Source: a bacterium
GTDB lineage: Bacteria; UBA8248; JACPRG01; G963555815
Assembly (NCBI GenBank): GCA_965218795.1
Contig: OZ244653.1
Location: 3,616,001 to 3,680,000, forward strand
Reading direction: 5' to 3'
Length of the DNA stretch: 64,000 nucleotides
Shown here: in pieces, positions 19,923 to 30,127 of the stretch
Numbering within the stretch: the stretch's first letter is position 1
Layout of the letters: each line of letters opens with the position of its first letter
Made by a program: the position numbers and the translations under genes
Notes under the pieces: model-generated
Databases searched by the model: none
Seen by the model: the letters and a program-made list of their open reading frames with translations, nothing else
What the model was told of the DNA's origin: nothing

Positions 19923-21314
19923 GTGCGCCGAACCTTAAGGAACCTTGCCTTTGCAGGTATTGCCGCCGCCACGATCCTGGCGGCCGGGACCGGGTCGGCC
20001 GAGAAGCGGCCCGACAGCTTTGCTGATCTCGTGGAGCGTCTGAAGCCCACCGTCGTCAACATTCAGGTGACCATCGTCCAGCGGGGGGGCAGCCCTTTCC
20101 AAAGGCGGAGCCCCTTCGGCGGGCGACCCGACGATCCGTTTGAGAAGTTTTTCAAGCGCTTCTTCGGCGATCAGCCCCCACGCGAGTTTCGAAACCGAGC
20201 CATCGGCTCCGGGTTCATCATCAGCCCGGACGGATACATCGTCACGAACAATCACGTGGTCGAGAGGGCCAACGAAATCAAGGTCAAGCTGGACGACGGG
20301 AAGGAATACAAGGCGAAGCTGATCGGCCGAGACCCGAAAACCGATCTCGCCCTCATCAAGGTCGAGCCGAAGAAATCCGTGCCCTTCACGGAGTTCGGTG
20401 ATTCCGATGAGTTGCGGGTCGGCGATTGGGTGATGGCGATAGGAAACCCGTTCGGCCTGTCCCACACCGTCACGGCGGGCATCGTGAGCGCGAAAGGCCG
20501 TGTCATCGGGCAGGGGCCGTATGACGATTTCATCCAGACCGACGCCTCGATCAACCAGGGCAACTCGGGCGGACCTCTGTTCGACACGAAGGGTAAAGTG
20601 GTGGGAATCAACACGGCCATCATCGCCGGGGGAACCGGTATCGGATTCGCGATTCCCGCCAACATGGCCAAAAAGCTCATCAATCAGCTTCGGGAAACCG
20701 GCACTGTGGTGCGCGGTTTCCTGGGAGTCCGGATTCAAAACCTGACCCCGCAGCTGGCCAAGCGTTTCGGTACGGAGAAGGCCGAAGGGGCCCTGGTTTC
20801 CGACTTGACGAAAGACTCCCCCGCCGCCCGGGCCGGCGTTCGGCAGGGAGATGTGATCGTCGAATTTGACGGCCTGAAGATTCAGAACGTGTCCGATTTG
20901 GTCCGGAAGGTCGGTGCGACTGCGGTCGATAAGACGGTGAAAATGAAGGTGTTGCGCGAGGGGAAGGGAAAGGTCCTGGATGTCAAGGTCGGCAAGCTCG
21001 CCGAGGAGCCCAGTGCGGTCGCGTCGGTCGGCACCCCGGGAAAGTTGGGCCTGACGATTCGCCCGGTTCCCGCTGAGCGGGCCACTGAGCTCGGACTCAG
21101 AGCCGGTCAAGGCGTCCTGGTGACCGAGGTGGTTGCCGCAAGTCCTGCCGCCCGGGCGGGGATCCGCGCGGGCGACATCATTCTGGAAGTCAACGGGAAG
21201 GCCATTCGGGTGCTCGCCGACCTCAACGAGGCCGTGTCCAAGGGCAAGGAGGACCCGCTATTTTACATTCAGCGGGGCGAGAGCAAACTGTACACCGTCG
21301 TCCCCAAGGGGTGA
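19923..21314 (+). CDS. DegP/DegQ (HtrA) periplasmic serine protease with two PDZ domains
   Basis: Signal peptide; GSGFII, TNNHVV, DLALIK, IQTDASINQGNSGGPL; two PDZ repeats. Confidence 0.93.
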   Translation: MRRTLRNLAFAGIAAATILAAGTGSAEKRPDSFADLVERLKPTVVNIQVTIVQRGGSPFQRRSPFGGRPDDPFEKFFKRFFGDQPPREFRNRAIGSGFIISPDGYIVTNNHVVERANEIKVKLDDGKEYKAKLIGRDPKTDLALIKVEPKKSVPFTEFGDSDELRVGDWVMAIGNPFGLSHTVTAGIVSAKGRVIGQGPYDDFIQTDASINQGNSGGPLFDTKGKVVGINTAIIAGGTGIGFAIPANMAKKLINQLRETGTVVRGFLGVRIQNLTPQLAKRFGTEKAEGALVSDLTKDSPAARAGVRQGDVIVEFDGLKIQNVSDLVRKVGATAVDKTVKMKVLREGKGKVLDVKVGKLAEEPSAVASVGTPGKLGLTIRPVPAERATELGLRAGQGVLVTEVVAASPAARAGIRAGDIILEVNGKAIRVLADLNEAVSKGKEDPLFYIQRGESKLYTVVPKG

Positions 21315-21328
21315 GAGGGTCTTCGGTC

Positions 21329-21841
21329 ATGAACATTCCCGTCCGGGAGCCTCAAGACGATACAGTCGCGCGTCTGGCGCCGGAACCCTGTGGAGAGTCG
21401 GAGCTCTGCGTGGACCTCAAAGACGCCTATCTGGAAGAAAAGATCCTGTCCCAGCAGCTGGAAGCCCTTTCCGGTTCCACGGAGGCGGGCTGGGATCACC
21501 CACATGCGGACCGGGTGTCGTCTCTCGCAACCGAGGATGGGGCCCACATTCGAGCGCTGTTGGCGATTTTGGCTGAACTGGATACATTCCCGCCCGAGCG
21601 TCCGGAGACCGCGCATCCGCTGCCGCCGAAGAGATCGGGCGTTCGCACAATCCTCCAGGCGTCCATGGATGGCAAGAAAGATCTGGAAATCCGATACATC
21701 CGCGCGGCCTCTCTGGCCGCCGTCGAGGGGCGTAGAGCTTTGGCCTCCCGGCTGGAAGGCATCGCGGATGAAGAGGCGCGGGGCCGGAGGAATCTGCTTC
21801 AGGTCCTCTCGCGGTTCCCTGCGAATCAGCCCGAGGATTGA
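21329..21841 (+). CDS. Hypothetical protein, possible ferritin-like four-helix bundle
   Basis: Helical pattern LKDAYLEE..ATEDGAHIRALL..DLEIRY..LEGIADEEARG; lies between co-oriented genes. Confidence 0.5.
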   Translation: MNIPVREPQDDTVARLAPEPCGESELCVDLKDAYLEEKILSQQLEALSGSTEAGWDHPHADRVSSLATEDGAHIRALLAILAELDTFPPERPETAHPLPPKRSGVRTILQASMDGKKDLEIRYIRAASLAAVEGRRALASRLEGIADEEARGRRNLLQVLSRFPANQPED

Positions 21842-21843
21842 GC

Positions 21844-22920
21844 ATGGTCCGAAACGCCGCCAAGACCGACGCCCCTGCGGCGGAACCCAAGGTGAACGGG
21901 AAGAAGAAGGCCGAAAAAGGGGAACGGGTACCTCGGGGAGGCCGGCAGGCAACGGGCGCCGCGGCGGCAAGGGCCCGGCGGGCTGTGAAACCCGAGGAGG
22001 TTCCGGTCCGGAAGGATCCGACCCGGTCTCTGATCGCCGCCGCGCTCCGATTGGCCAAACAGCTCGATATCGACGCCGTGTTCATCTACGCTCAATCCAT
22101 TTCCCAGGCGCCCAGCCTTTTTCAATTGTTCCAGGACGGTCCCAGTCTTCTGCTGATCGCGAGGAATGATGATGAGGAGGCGATGTGCAAGGGGCACTCC
22201 AAGAAGATCATTCGCGTTCCGGATATCAACCTGAGCCGAATGGACCAGGTCAAGCTGGCGGTGGTGATGGCCCTGACCGATCGGATGCTGAACGTGGGAG
22301 ACCGCATTCTGTGTCTGGTGGGGCGGGTCAACCGCCACACCTCCGACACGCTCGTCGTATTGGATGTAGGCGATGAGTTCGAGACCATGAATCTCCCCGG
22401 CCAGTTGTCCCGTTCCAAGGAGATCGACTCCAAGGTCTTTGAGGCCACCCTGAGGATGGCCCTGGAGTTGGCGAACGAGGGCCGGGAGGGAAGGCCGATC
22501 GGCTCCATCTTCGTAATTGGGGACAGTGAGGAAGTCTCGCGCTACTCCCGGCAAACCATCATCAATCCGTTCGAGGGCCACCCCGAATCCCGCCGGAACA
22601 TCCTGGATCCGCATCTGCGGGAAACGGTCAAGGAGTTTTCCACGCTGGACGGCGCGTTCCTGATTCGAAAAGACGGCGTTCTGATGGCCGCGGGCCGCCA
22701 CTTGAACGCCGCCTATAACGGCGACGGTTTGCCCTCCGGCCTGGGGTCCAGACACGCCGCCGCCGCCGCCATCACGTCGGTGACCAAAGCGCTGGCCCTC
22801 ACCATCTCGGAATCCACGGGAACCGTGACGGTTTTTCGCGGCGGCGAGGTCATGATGACATTGGAGAGATTTCGGCAGGCGCCCAGCCTGGCCGAAGGGG
22901 AAAACAATCTGGACCCGTGA
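21844..22920 (+). CDS. Diadenylate cyclase (DisA_N/DAC domain) with DacZ-like N-terminal domain
   Basis: ELANEGREGRPIGSIFVIGD, KEFSTLDGAF (DGA), GLGSRHAAAAAIT, ISESTGTV; no transmembrane segment. Confidence 0.85.
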   Translation: MVRNAAKTDAPAAEPKVNGKKKAEKGERVPRGGRQATGAAAARARRAVKPEEVPVRKDPTRSLIAAALRLAKQLDIDAVFIYAQSISQAPSLFQLFQDGPSLLLIARNDDEEAMCKGHSKKIIRVPDINLSRMDQVKLAVVMALTDRMLNVGDRILCLVGRVNRHTSDTLVVLDVGDEFETMNLPGQLSRSKEIDSKVFEATLRMALELANEGREGRPIGSIFVIGDSEEVSRYSRQTIINPFEGHPESRRNILDPHLRETVKEFSTLDGAFLIRKDGVLMAAGRHLNAAYNGDGLPSGLGSRHAAAAAITSVTKALALTISESTGTVTVFRGGEVMMTLERFRQAPSLAEGENNLDP

Positions 22921-23007
22921 TACCCGCCGGGCGCTTGAGGCCCGGGCGCGGCGTTCGCATTCACCCGTTACACGGCCTTTGAGCCCTGGTTGGGGAGGAC
23001 AAACAGA

Positions 23008-24642
23008 ATGGCAGTCAAAGAATTGGCATATGAACAGCAGGCCCGGTCCGAAATTCTGTCGGGCATGGATCAGTTGACGCGCGCCGTGGAGGCCACGCTG
23101 GGGCCGGCCGGTCGAACCGTGATCTTGGGAAGGAAGTGGGGCTCACCGCTGGTGACCAAGGACGGAGTGACGGTTGCGAAAGAGATCGACTTGCCCGAGC
23201 CCTTCGAGAACATGGGCGCGCAGATGGTGAAAGAGGTGGCCAAGAAGACCAACGACGACGTCGGAGACGGAACGACGACGGCCACCGTCCTGGCCGAGGC
23301 CATCTACCGCACCGGGCTGAAGTACGTTTCGGCCCAGGCCAATCCCGTGGACATCAAGCGCGGGATCGATGCCGCCGTGGAGACGGTGGTGGGCGAGCTC
23401 AAGAAGCAAAGCCGTCGGATCTCGGGGACGGAGCGAATCGCCAAGGTGGCCGCGGTGTCGGCCAACGGCGAGGAATCGATTGGGGAGATCATCGCAGCCG
23501 CCATCGACAAGGTCGGACGGGACGGTGTGATCACCACCGAGGAAGGCAAGGGGATCGAGATGTCGCTCGAGGTGGTCGAAGGGATGCAGTTCGATCGGGG
23601 CTATCTCTCGCCTCATTTTGTGACTCACCCGGACCGTTTGGAATGCGAGCTGGAAGACGTGTCCCTGTTGATCCACGAGAAGAAGATTTCCAATGTGAAC
23701 GAGCTTCTGCCCATCCTCGAGAAGGTCTCCGCATCTGGAAGATCCCTGCTGATCATCGCCGAGGATGTGGAGGGCGAAGCTCTGGCAACCTTGGTGGTCA
23801 ACAAGCTGCGCGGCACCCTGAAGATCGCAGCGGTCAAGGCGCCGGGTTACGGCGATCGCCGCAAGGAGATGCTGGAAGATATCGCGGTCCTGACGGGCGG
23901 ACGGATGATCACCGAGGATCTCGGCATCAAGCTGGAAGCGGTTCCTTTGGAAGACCTCGGCCGGGCGAAACGCGTGCTGATCGACAAGGAGAACACCATC
24001 GTCGTCGAGGGTGCGGGAACGGCCCGGGCCCTGAGCGGACGGTGCGCGCAGATCCGCGCGCAGATCGAGGAAACGACCTCCGAATATGACCGCGAGAAAC
24101 TTCAGGAACGCCTCGCCAAGCTGTCCGGGGGCGTGGCGAAGATCCTGGTCGGCGCGGCCACCGAGACGGAAATGAAAGAGAAAAAGGCGCGGGTGGAAGA
24201 CGCGCTGAACGCCACGCGGGCGGCGTTGGAGGAGGGTATCGTGGTCGGCGGCGGTGTGGCGCTGGTCCGCGCCGCCGCCGACCTGGGCTTGCTGGAGCTG
24301 CCGGGCGATCAGAACTACGGCGTAAGAGTGGTTCAGGATGCGCTGGGCGATCCGCTTCGGATCCTCGCCGAAAATGGGGGTTATGAGGGTCCCGTGGTCC
24401 TGCACGACGTCAAGAAGAAGAAGGGCGCGGTGGGCTTCAATGCGGCCACCGGCAAGATGGAGAATCTTGAAAAGGCCGGGATTGTGGATCCCGTCAAAGT
24501 GACCCGCTCCGCGCTGCAGAATGCGGCCAGCCTGGCGGGTGTCCTTCTGACGACCGAGTTGCTGGTGACGGAGAAGCCCGAGGATGAAGAGGATGAAGAA
24601 GGCGGCGATCACTCCCACGGCGGCCACGGCCACGCCCACTGA
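23008..24642 (+). CDS. groEL: Chaperonin GroEL with acidic/His-rich C-terminal tail
   Basis: [52 protein letters not shown]; ends [15 protein letters not shown]. Confidence 0.96.
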   Translation: MAVKELAYEQQARSEILSGMDQLTRAVEATLGPAGRTVILGRKWGSPLVTKDGVTVAKEIDLPEPFENMGAQMVKEVAKKTNDDVGDGTTTATVLAEAIYRTGLKYVSAQANPVDIKRGIDAAVETVVGELKKQSRRISGTERIAKVAAVSANGEESIGEIIAAAIDKVGRDGVITTEEGKGIEMSLEVVEGMQFDRGYLSPHFVTHPDRLECELEDVSLLIHEKKISNVNELLPILEKVSASGRSLLIIAEDVEGEALATLVVNKLRGTLKIAAVKAPGYGDRRKEMLEDIAVLTGGRMITEDLGIKLEAVPLEDLGRAKRVLIDKENTIVVEGAGTARALSGRCAQIRAQIEETTSEYDREKLQERLAKLSGGVAKILVGAATETEMKEKKARVEDALNATRAALEEGIVVGGGVALVRAAADLGLLELPGDQNYGVRVVQDALGDPLRILAENGGYEGPVVLHDVKKKKGAVGFNAATGKMENLEKAGIVDPVKVTRSALQNAASLAGVLLTTELLVTEKPEDEEDEEGGDHSHGGHGHAH

Positions 24643-24701
24643 TCCCCCAGGTAAGAACCCTCTCCCGATGACAGGGTGACGGGTGGGAAGGAACAGCGTG
24701 C

Positions 24702-25649
24702 ATGATTCAGGTTGAGAATCTGACGAAATTCTATGGGCCCGTACCGGGGATTGAGGGCGTGACCTTCGGCATCGAGCCGGGGGAGATCGTGGGATTCCTC
24801 GGCCCCAATGGAGCGGGGAAGAGCACGACCATGCGCATCCTCACCTGTTATATGCCCGCTACCTCCGGAACGGCGACTGTGGGCGGGTTCGACGTCTTTG
24901 AATCCCCGCTGGAAGTCCGCCGCCGGCTGGGCTACCTGCCTGAAAACGTCCCCATTTACCTGGACCTGACTGTTCGGGATTACCTGAACTTCGTCGGCGA
25001 TCTCAAGGGGATGGACCGTAAGAAAAAGAGGCACCAGATCGACAAGCTCATCCCTCTCACGGGGATCAAGGAGGTCGAGAACCGGATCATCGGCAACCTC
25101 TCCAAGGGGTACCGCCAGCGGGTCGGTCTCACCCAGGCCCTGCTGAACGACCCGGAGGTGCTGATTCTGGACGAGCCGACGACGGGCCTGGACCCTAAAC
25201 AAATCATCGAGATCCGTGACCTCATCCGCGACCTGGCGGGAAGCCGGACCATTATTCTCTGCACGCACATCCTGCCCGAAGTCAGCATGACGTGCTCACG
25301 GGTCATCATCATCAACAAGGGCCGAATCATCACCCAGGATACGCCCGAGAACCTCACCCGGCAACTTCAGCGGAAATCCCTGGTGGAGATCGAAGTGGAG
25401 GGGCCGGTCGAGCAAGTCCGGGACAAGCTCCAATCGGTTCCGACGGTGGTTTCGGTTTTCCCGCAGCGGAGACCTGCGGACGGTTCGGGCTCGACCCTCT
25501 TCCATGTGGAAACGGATCCGGATACCGATATGCGTCGCGACCTGGCGGCCGCGGTGTGCGGGAGCGGGTGGGGGCTGATGACCCTCAAGCCCGTCTCCAT
25601 GACCCTGGAAGACATCTTCGTCCAGTTGGTGACGGAAGAAGAGCACTAG
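24702..25649 (+). CDS. ABC-2 type ATP-binding protein (GldA-like)
   Basis: GPNGAGKSTTMRILT, LSKGYRQRVGL, LDEPTTGLDPKQI, THILPEV. Confidence 0.9.
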   Translation: MIQVENLTKFYGPVPGIEGVTFGIEPGEIVGFLGPNGAGKSTTMRILTCYMPATSGTATVGGFDVFESPLEVRRRLGYLPENVPIYLDLTVRDYLNFVGDLKGMDRKKKRHQIDKLIPLTGIKEVENRIIGNLSKGYRQRVGLTQALLNDPEVLILDEPTTGLDPKQIIEIRDLIRDLAGSRTIILCTHILPEVSMTCSRVIIINKGRIITQDTPENLTRQLQRKSLVEIEVEGPVEQVRDKLQSVPTVVSVFPQRRPADGSGSTLFHVETDPDTDMRRDLAAAVCGSGWGLMTLKPVSMTLEDIFVQLVTEEEH

Positions 25650-25712
25650 GATTGACCCGGAAGATCCGGTCCGTCGGCTCTTTGCGGCGGATTGACGGAG
25701 GACGTTTTCAGC

Positions 25713-26483
25713 ATGAGAAACATTTGGGCCATCTATAAGAAGGAATTGCGGCTCTATTTCCATTCGCCCATCGCGTATGTCGTCTTAACGATTTTTCTGG
25801 TCCTGATGGGCTGGCTGTTTTACAGCAACATGGCCTTTTTCAGCCGGATCAGCGTTCAGGCGGTCCAGAACCCCCGCCTGTCCAGCCAGCTGGATGCGAC
25901 CGACGCGATCTTTACGCCGCTCATCGGAAACATGACCATCATCCTGCTGTTCATCATCCCGGGATTGACCATGAGGCTGTTTGCCGAAGAGAAAAAGCAG
26001 GGGACGCTGGAACTCCTTTATTCCTATCCGGTCCGCGACGGCGAGGTATTGTTCGGCAAGTTCTTCGCGTGTTTCACGGTCTTCCTCATTATGCTGGCTC
26101 TCACGGCCTTGTATCCGATCCTGATCGGCGTGTTCGGCTCGCTGGAAATTCGGCCGGTGCTCGCCGGTTACCTGGGGGTTCTCCTGCTTGGGATGACGTT
26201 CATCTCGGTGGGGGTGTTGATGTCTTCGTTGACGTCCAATCAGTTGGTGGCGTTCATCCTCGGCTTCGGGATCCTCCTGTTTTTCTGGGTCCTCGGGTTC
26301 GCATCAGCCTATCTGGACCCGAAGATGGCAGCCGTGCTGGATCACGCCTCCCTGATCCAGCATGTGAACAATTTTTCCCGGGGGCTCATCACCACCCGCG
26401 ACCTGATCTACTATGTGAATTTCAGCGTCTTCTGTCTGTTCCTGACCGTCCAGGCGCTGGCCTCTCACCGATGGAAAGGTTGA
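25713..26483 (+). CDS. ABC-2 type permease (GldF-like)
   Basis: KELRLYFHSPIAYVV, TMRLFAEEKKQGTLELL, SSLTSNQLVA. Confidence 0.88.
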   Translation: MRNIWAIYKKELRLYFHSPIAYVVLTIFLVLMGWLFYSNMAFFSRISVQAVQNPRLSSQLDATDAIFTPLIGNMTIILLFIIPGLTMRLFAEEKKQGTLELLYSYPVRDGEVLFGKFFACFTVFLIMLALTALYPILIGVFGSLEIRPVLAGYLGVLLLGMTFISVGVLMSSLTSNQLVAFILGFGILLFFWVLGFASAYLDPKMAAVLDHASLIQHVNNFSRGLITTRDLIYYVNFSVFCLFLTVQALASHRWKG

Positions 26484-26489
26484 TCCGTC

Positions 26490-28061
26490 ATGAATAAGGA
26501 GCGATTTCCGCTGGTCGTCGGATCCCTGGGGATCCTGCTTTTCTTGATTGGGATCTTCGGGGGCGCCATCGAAGGGCGATTCGGACTGCTCTTTCTCACC
26601 CTTGTGCTGGTGGGTCTGGCCCTGTTCCTGGTTTTCCTGTACCTGGCCGGGACCATCGTGCGCGTCTGGATGAACCGGCGGTCCACGCGGTACGGCACGA
26701 ATCTGGCCGTCATGGCCCTGGTGGCCTTCGCCGTCGCCATCTTCATCGAGACCCTCTCCTACAGTCATTACAAACAGTTCGACGTGACCGGGGACCGGCT
26801 GAATTCCCTGTCCGCGCAGACCCTCCAGATTTTGAAAGGGCTGGAGAAGGACGACGAGAAAGTCCAGGTCGTGGCCTTCGTCCGTGACAGCGATCGAAAG
26901 GGGTATCAAGACCTGCTGGACCTGTACGCCTATGTCACCGACCGCTTCCAATACGAAATGGTCGATCTGGACAAGAACCCACTGCTGGCCAAGAAGTTCG
27001 ATGTCCGGGCGTACGGCACGCTGGTCTTTGAATCGGGCGAGAACCGCCAGAAGGTGGAGCTCGCCACCGAGCAAAACATGGCCAACGCGATCCTCAAGGT
27101 GACCCGGACGGCCAAGAAAACCGTCTATTTTCTGAAAGGCCACGGCGAGGGGGACATCAGCAGCACGGAGAAAGACGGCTTTTCCCAGGCCAAACGGGCC
27201 ATCGAGCTCGAGAACATGGTAGCGAAGGACCTGGTCCTTCTTCGGGCCAACGTCGTCCCGAAGGACGCCTCCGTCGTCGTCCTTGCCGGACCCCGAAAGG
27301 CCATCACCGAAACCGAGCAGAAGATGCTGGACGATTATGTCCGCAAACGCTCGGGAAGCCTTCTCCTGCTCATCGACCCGCAGACGGATTCCAGGCTGGG
27401 GACTTTCCTGAAGCCTTACGGAATCGTTCTCTCCGGTGACATCATCGTGGACCGGCTGAGCCGGCTGTTCGGAGCCAGTGAGCTGACGCCCGTCGTAACC
27501 CAGTATGCCAAGCACAAAATCACGGAGGGATTCAACTCGGCCTCGTTTTTCCCCCTGGCGCGGTCCGTGCAGATTGCCGGGAAAGACGAGCTCCCCAAAA
27601 AGGCGAAGGCCGAAATCCTGGCCCTGACGGGGCCGGGGAGCTGGGCGGAGACCGATCTGGAGAAGCTGGGAAAGGGGGAGGCCGAGCTGGATGAGGAAGA
27701 GGAACTGAAGGGGCCGATCCCCGTCGGCGTCGTTGTCGAGTATGAGACCAAAGAGGCGAATCCTTCAGAGGGCGATCTCGGCCAGCGGGCCCGGCTTGCG
27801 GTCTTCGGAAACTCGCGGTTCGCCAGCAACGAGGTGCTGGGCGCCTCGGGAAACCGGGATCTGTTCATGAACAGTCTGAGCTGGCTCGCCCAGCAGGAAG
27901 ACCTCATTTCCATCCGTCCCCGGGCGCGGCAGGGAAGCGGACCCATTTTCCTGTCGGCCGCTCAATCGCGCGCCATCTTGATCATTCCAGTGTTCGTCCT
28001 GCCGGGGCTGGTCCTGTTGTCCGGGGCGGCCGTGTATCTCCGGAGGAGAAAGAAGCATTGA
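26490..28061 (+). CDS. GldG-family ABC auxiliary protein
   Basis: DVTGDRLNSLSAQT, VYFLKGHGE, NRDLFMNSLSWL..ISIRP, C-terminal TM. Confidence 0.85.
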   Translation: MNKERFPLVVGSLGILLFLIGIFGGAIEGRFGLLFLTLVLVGLALFLVFLYLAGTIVRVWMNRRSTRYGTNLAVMALVAFAVAIFIETLSYSHYKQFDVTGDRLNSLSAQTLQILKGLEKDDEKVQVVAFVRDSDRKGYQDLLDLYAYVTDRFQYEMVDLDKNPLLAKKFDVRAYGTLVFESGENRQKVELATEQNMANAILKVTRTAKKTVYFLKGHGEGDISSTEKDGFSQAKRAIELENMVAKDLVLLRANVVPKDASVVVLAGPRKAITETEQKMLDDYVRKRSGSLLLLIDPQTDSRLGTFLKPYGIVLSGDIIVDRLSRLFGASELTPVVTQYAKHKITEGFNSASFFPLARSVQIAGKDELPKKAKAEILALTGPGSWAETDLEKLGKGEAELDEEEELKGPIPVGVVVEYETKEANPSEGDLGQRARLAVFGNSRFASNEVLGASGNRDLFMNSLSWLAQQEDLISIRPRARQGSGPIFLSAAQSRAILIIPVFVLPGLVLLSGAAVYLRRRKKH

Positions 28062-29866
28062 ACGTTCGTCTGACCGCAACCCTGGCCGTCGTCCTGGCCG
28101 TTCTGATCACCGCCTACGTCTGGTCACTCCGCGTGGACGAGGAGCGGAAAGAAGCCGAGAAGCGGGAGGCCAAAGTTGTCCGGATCGATTCCGACAAGGT
28201 CGTGGCCATCGACCTGCGCCCGGCGAAGGATCAAGACAAAGCCTCAGCGCCGCTCTCACTGATCAAGGAAGGCGGCGTCTGGCGTCTCACCGTGCCGCTG
28301 AAGCTGCGGGCGGACTCCAGGGCGGTCGATGATATTCTCAGCTCCATCGGGGAGATACGGAGGAGCCGGGTCATACAGGAATCCGCTGAGGATATCTCCG
28401 CCTTCGGGCTGAAGCCGGCCAAGCTCACGGTTCAGTACAAGCTGGATGGCGGGGAGCAGGGCAAGCTGCTGTTCGGCGAAGAGAGCCCCTCGGGCGAGGG
28501 CGTGTACGCCGCGGTCGAGGGAAGAAGCACGGTCTACCTCCTCTCCAAGCGCGCCCGCAGCCCCTTTGAGAAGTCCCTCTATCAAGTCCGAGACAAGACC
28601 GTTCTCCGCCGCCCGCGCGGGGAAATCGGGCAAATCATCTTCGAGCGGGATGGGAAGCGGTATTCCCTCCGAAAGGCGGGCCCGGACAAGTGGGACATGG
28701 TCGAACCCGTCGCGGCGCCGGGGAATATCGAGACGGCCAACTACGCGCTGGGCCTGACCGTTCAAGGCAAAGTCCAGAAGTTCGTCAAGGAAAACCCGAC
28801 CGCTGAGGATTTGAAGAAGTTCGGCCTGGATCCCCCCAAGATTCGGATGACCCTCGCGGACAAGGACGGGAAGAACCCGGACGTCTTCATTATCGGCGGT
28901 CAGGAGGAGGGTACGAAGAACTATTACGCCCGCAAGGAAGGAAGCGGCCCCTTGTTCACGCTGGAGCGGTTCAGCGTGGAGGACCTGCCCAAGAAGCCGT
29001 TGGAGGCCCGCAAGCGTTGGATCTTCGATTTCGAGAAGGAGTCCGTCGTCAAGGTGGAGCTCGAAAGCCCTGCCGGGAAGGTCACCATTCGGCAACTGGG
29101 CAAGAAGGATGAGTGGGAAGTCGAGGGCGCCGACGGCAAGCTGCCGGGCAATGACCGCCGAATCAGCGATATGCTCTGGGACATCAAGTACGCAAAGATC
29201 GCACACTTCTACGATGAAGGCTCCGACAAGCCGGACACATCGCTGGTCGATCGGGTCACTCGAAAGGTCGCCCTGTACGTCGAGGGCCGGGAAGACAAAC
29301 CGCTCCGTTTCACCGTCGGGCAGCAGGGCCCTTCCGACCCTGCCCAGAAAGATGAAGAGGACCGGGAGCGGTGGTATGCCCGCAGGAATGCAGACGGCAA
29401 AATGTTTCTTCTGACCCGGGACAGTGTCAACCGGATCAGCAAAGGGGTATGGGATTTTCAGGAGCGAAAGGCCCTGAGCTTCGGCTACCAGGACGTTGCG
29501 AAGCTGGATTTCATCTATCCGAAGGAAAAGGTGGAAATCGAAAAGGATGGCCGCCGGTGGAAGATGGTCAAACCGCTGGATGAGATCGCCGTCGGTGACA
29601 AACTGGACTTTATTCTCAACGAGATTCATTTCATGGAATTCGAAAAGATCGTCAAAGACGAAAAACCCGATTTTGCCTCCGTGGATCTTGGGTTGCGCGT
29701 CACGTTGAAGGATGGGAAGAAACTCCCGCTGCTCCGGCTCGTTCGAGACAGGGAAAAGAAGATCGCCTACGTCAGCCGCGGGAAAGAATCCAGGGTGTAC
29801 GAGATCGAGGACCGGTTCCTCGACAATGTTCCCAAGAGCTACAAGGGATTCCTCGCCAAGGAGTGA
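28058..29866 (+). CDS. DUF4340-type membrane-anchored protein (repeated domains)
   Basis: N-terminal TM; repeated W....P....A and FGL..P motifs; usual position after GldG. Confidence 0.75.
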   Translation: MNVRLTATLAVVLAVLITAYVWSLRVDEERKEAEKREAKVVRIDSDKVVAIDLRPAKDQDKASAPLSLIKEGGVWRLTVPLKLRADSRAVDDILSSIGEIRRSRVIQESAEDISAFGLKPAKLTVQYKLDGGEQGKLLFGEESPSGEGVYAAVEGRSTVYLLSKRARSPFEKSLYQVRDKTVLRRPRGEIGQIIFERDGKRYSLRKAGPDKWDMVEPVAAPGNIETANYALGLTVQGKVQKFVKENPTAEDLKKFGLDPPKIRMTLADKDGKNPDVFIIGGQEEGTKNYYARKEGSGPLFTLERFSVEDLPKKPLEARKRWIFDFEKESVVKVELESPAGKVTIRQLGKKDEWEVEGADGKLPGNDRRISDMLWDIKYAKIAHFYDEGSDKPDTSLVDRVTRKVALYVEGREDKPLRFTVGQQGPSDPAQKDEEDRERWYARRNADGKMFLLTRDSVNRISKGVWDFQERKALSFGYQDVAKLDFIYPKEKVEIEKDGRRWKMVKPLDEIAVGDKLDFILNEIHFMEFEKIVKDEKPDFASVDLGLRVTLKDGKKLPLLRLVRDREKKIAYVSRGKESRVYEIEDRFLDNVPKSYKGFLAKE

Positions 29867-29998
29867 CCGCCTGGCTTGCGGTTTTCAAGGAGCTTTCAGG
29901 AAAGGAACCCTTGAGCTTTCCCGCGGGAATTCCCCCGAATGAAAACGGCGGAACTTCCGAAAAGAATAGAAAGGAACTGGGATTCTTTTGAGTGGGGC

Positions 29999-30027
29999 TT
30001 GTCGGACCAGACGGGAAGTTATATATT
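29999..30027 (+). promoter_or_regulatory. Candidate sigma70-type promoter
   Basis: TTGTCG-N17-TATATT about 100 nt upstream of ORF 30128. Confidence 0.4.
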
Positions 30028-30127
30028 TTCCTGAGTCGGGTTCGGAGGCATGATGGAGAAGCCAGCCGGTTTCTTCAAGAATGCAGGGTCGACAACCTAG
30101 TGTCTGAGAGGGAAAGGAAGCCAAACC

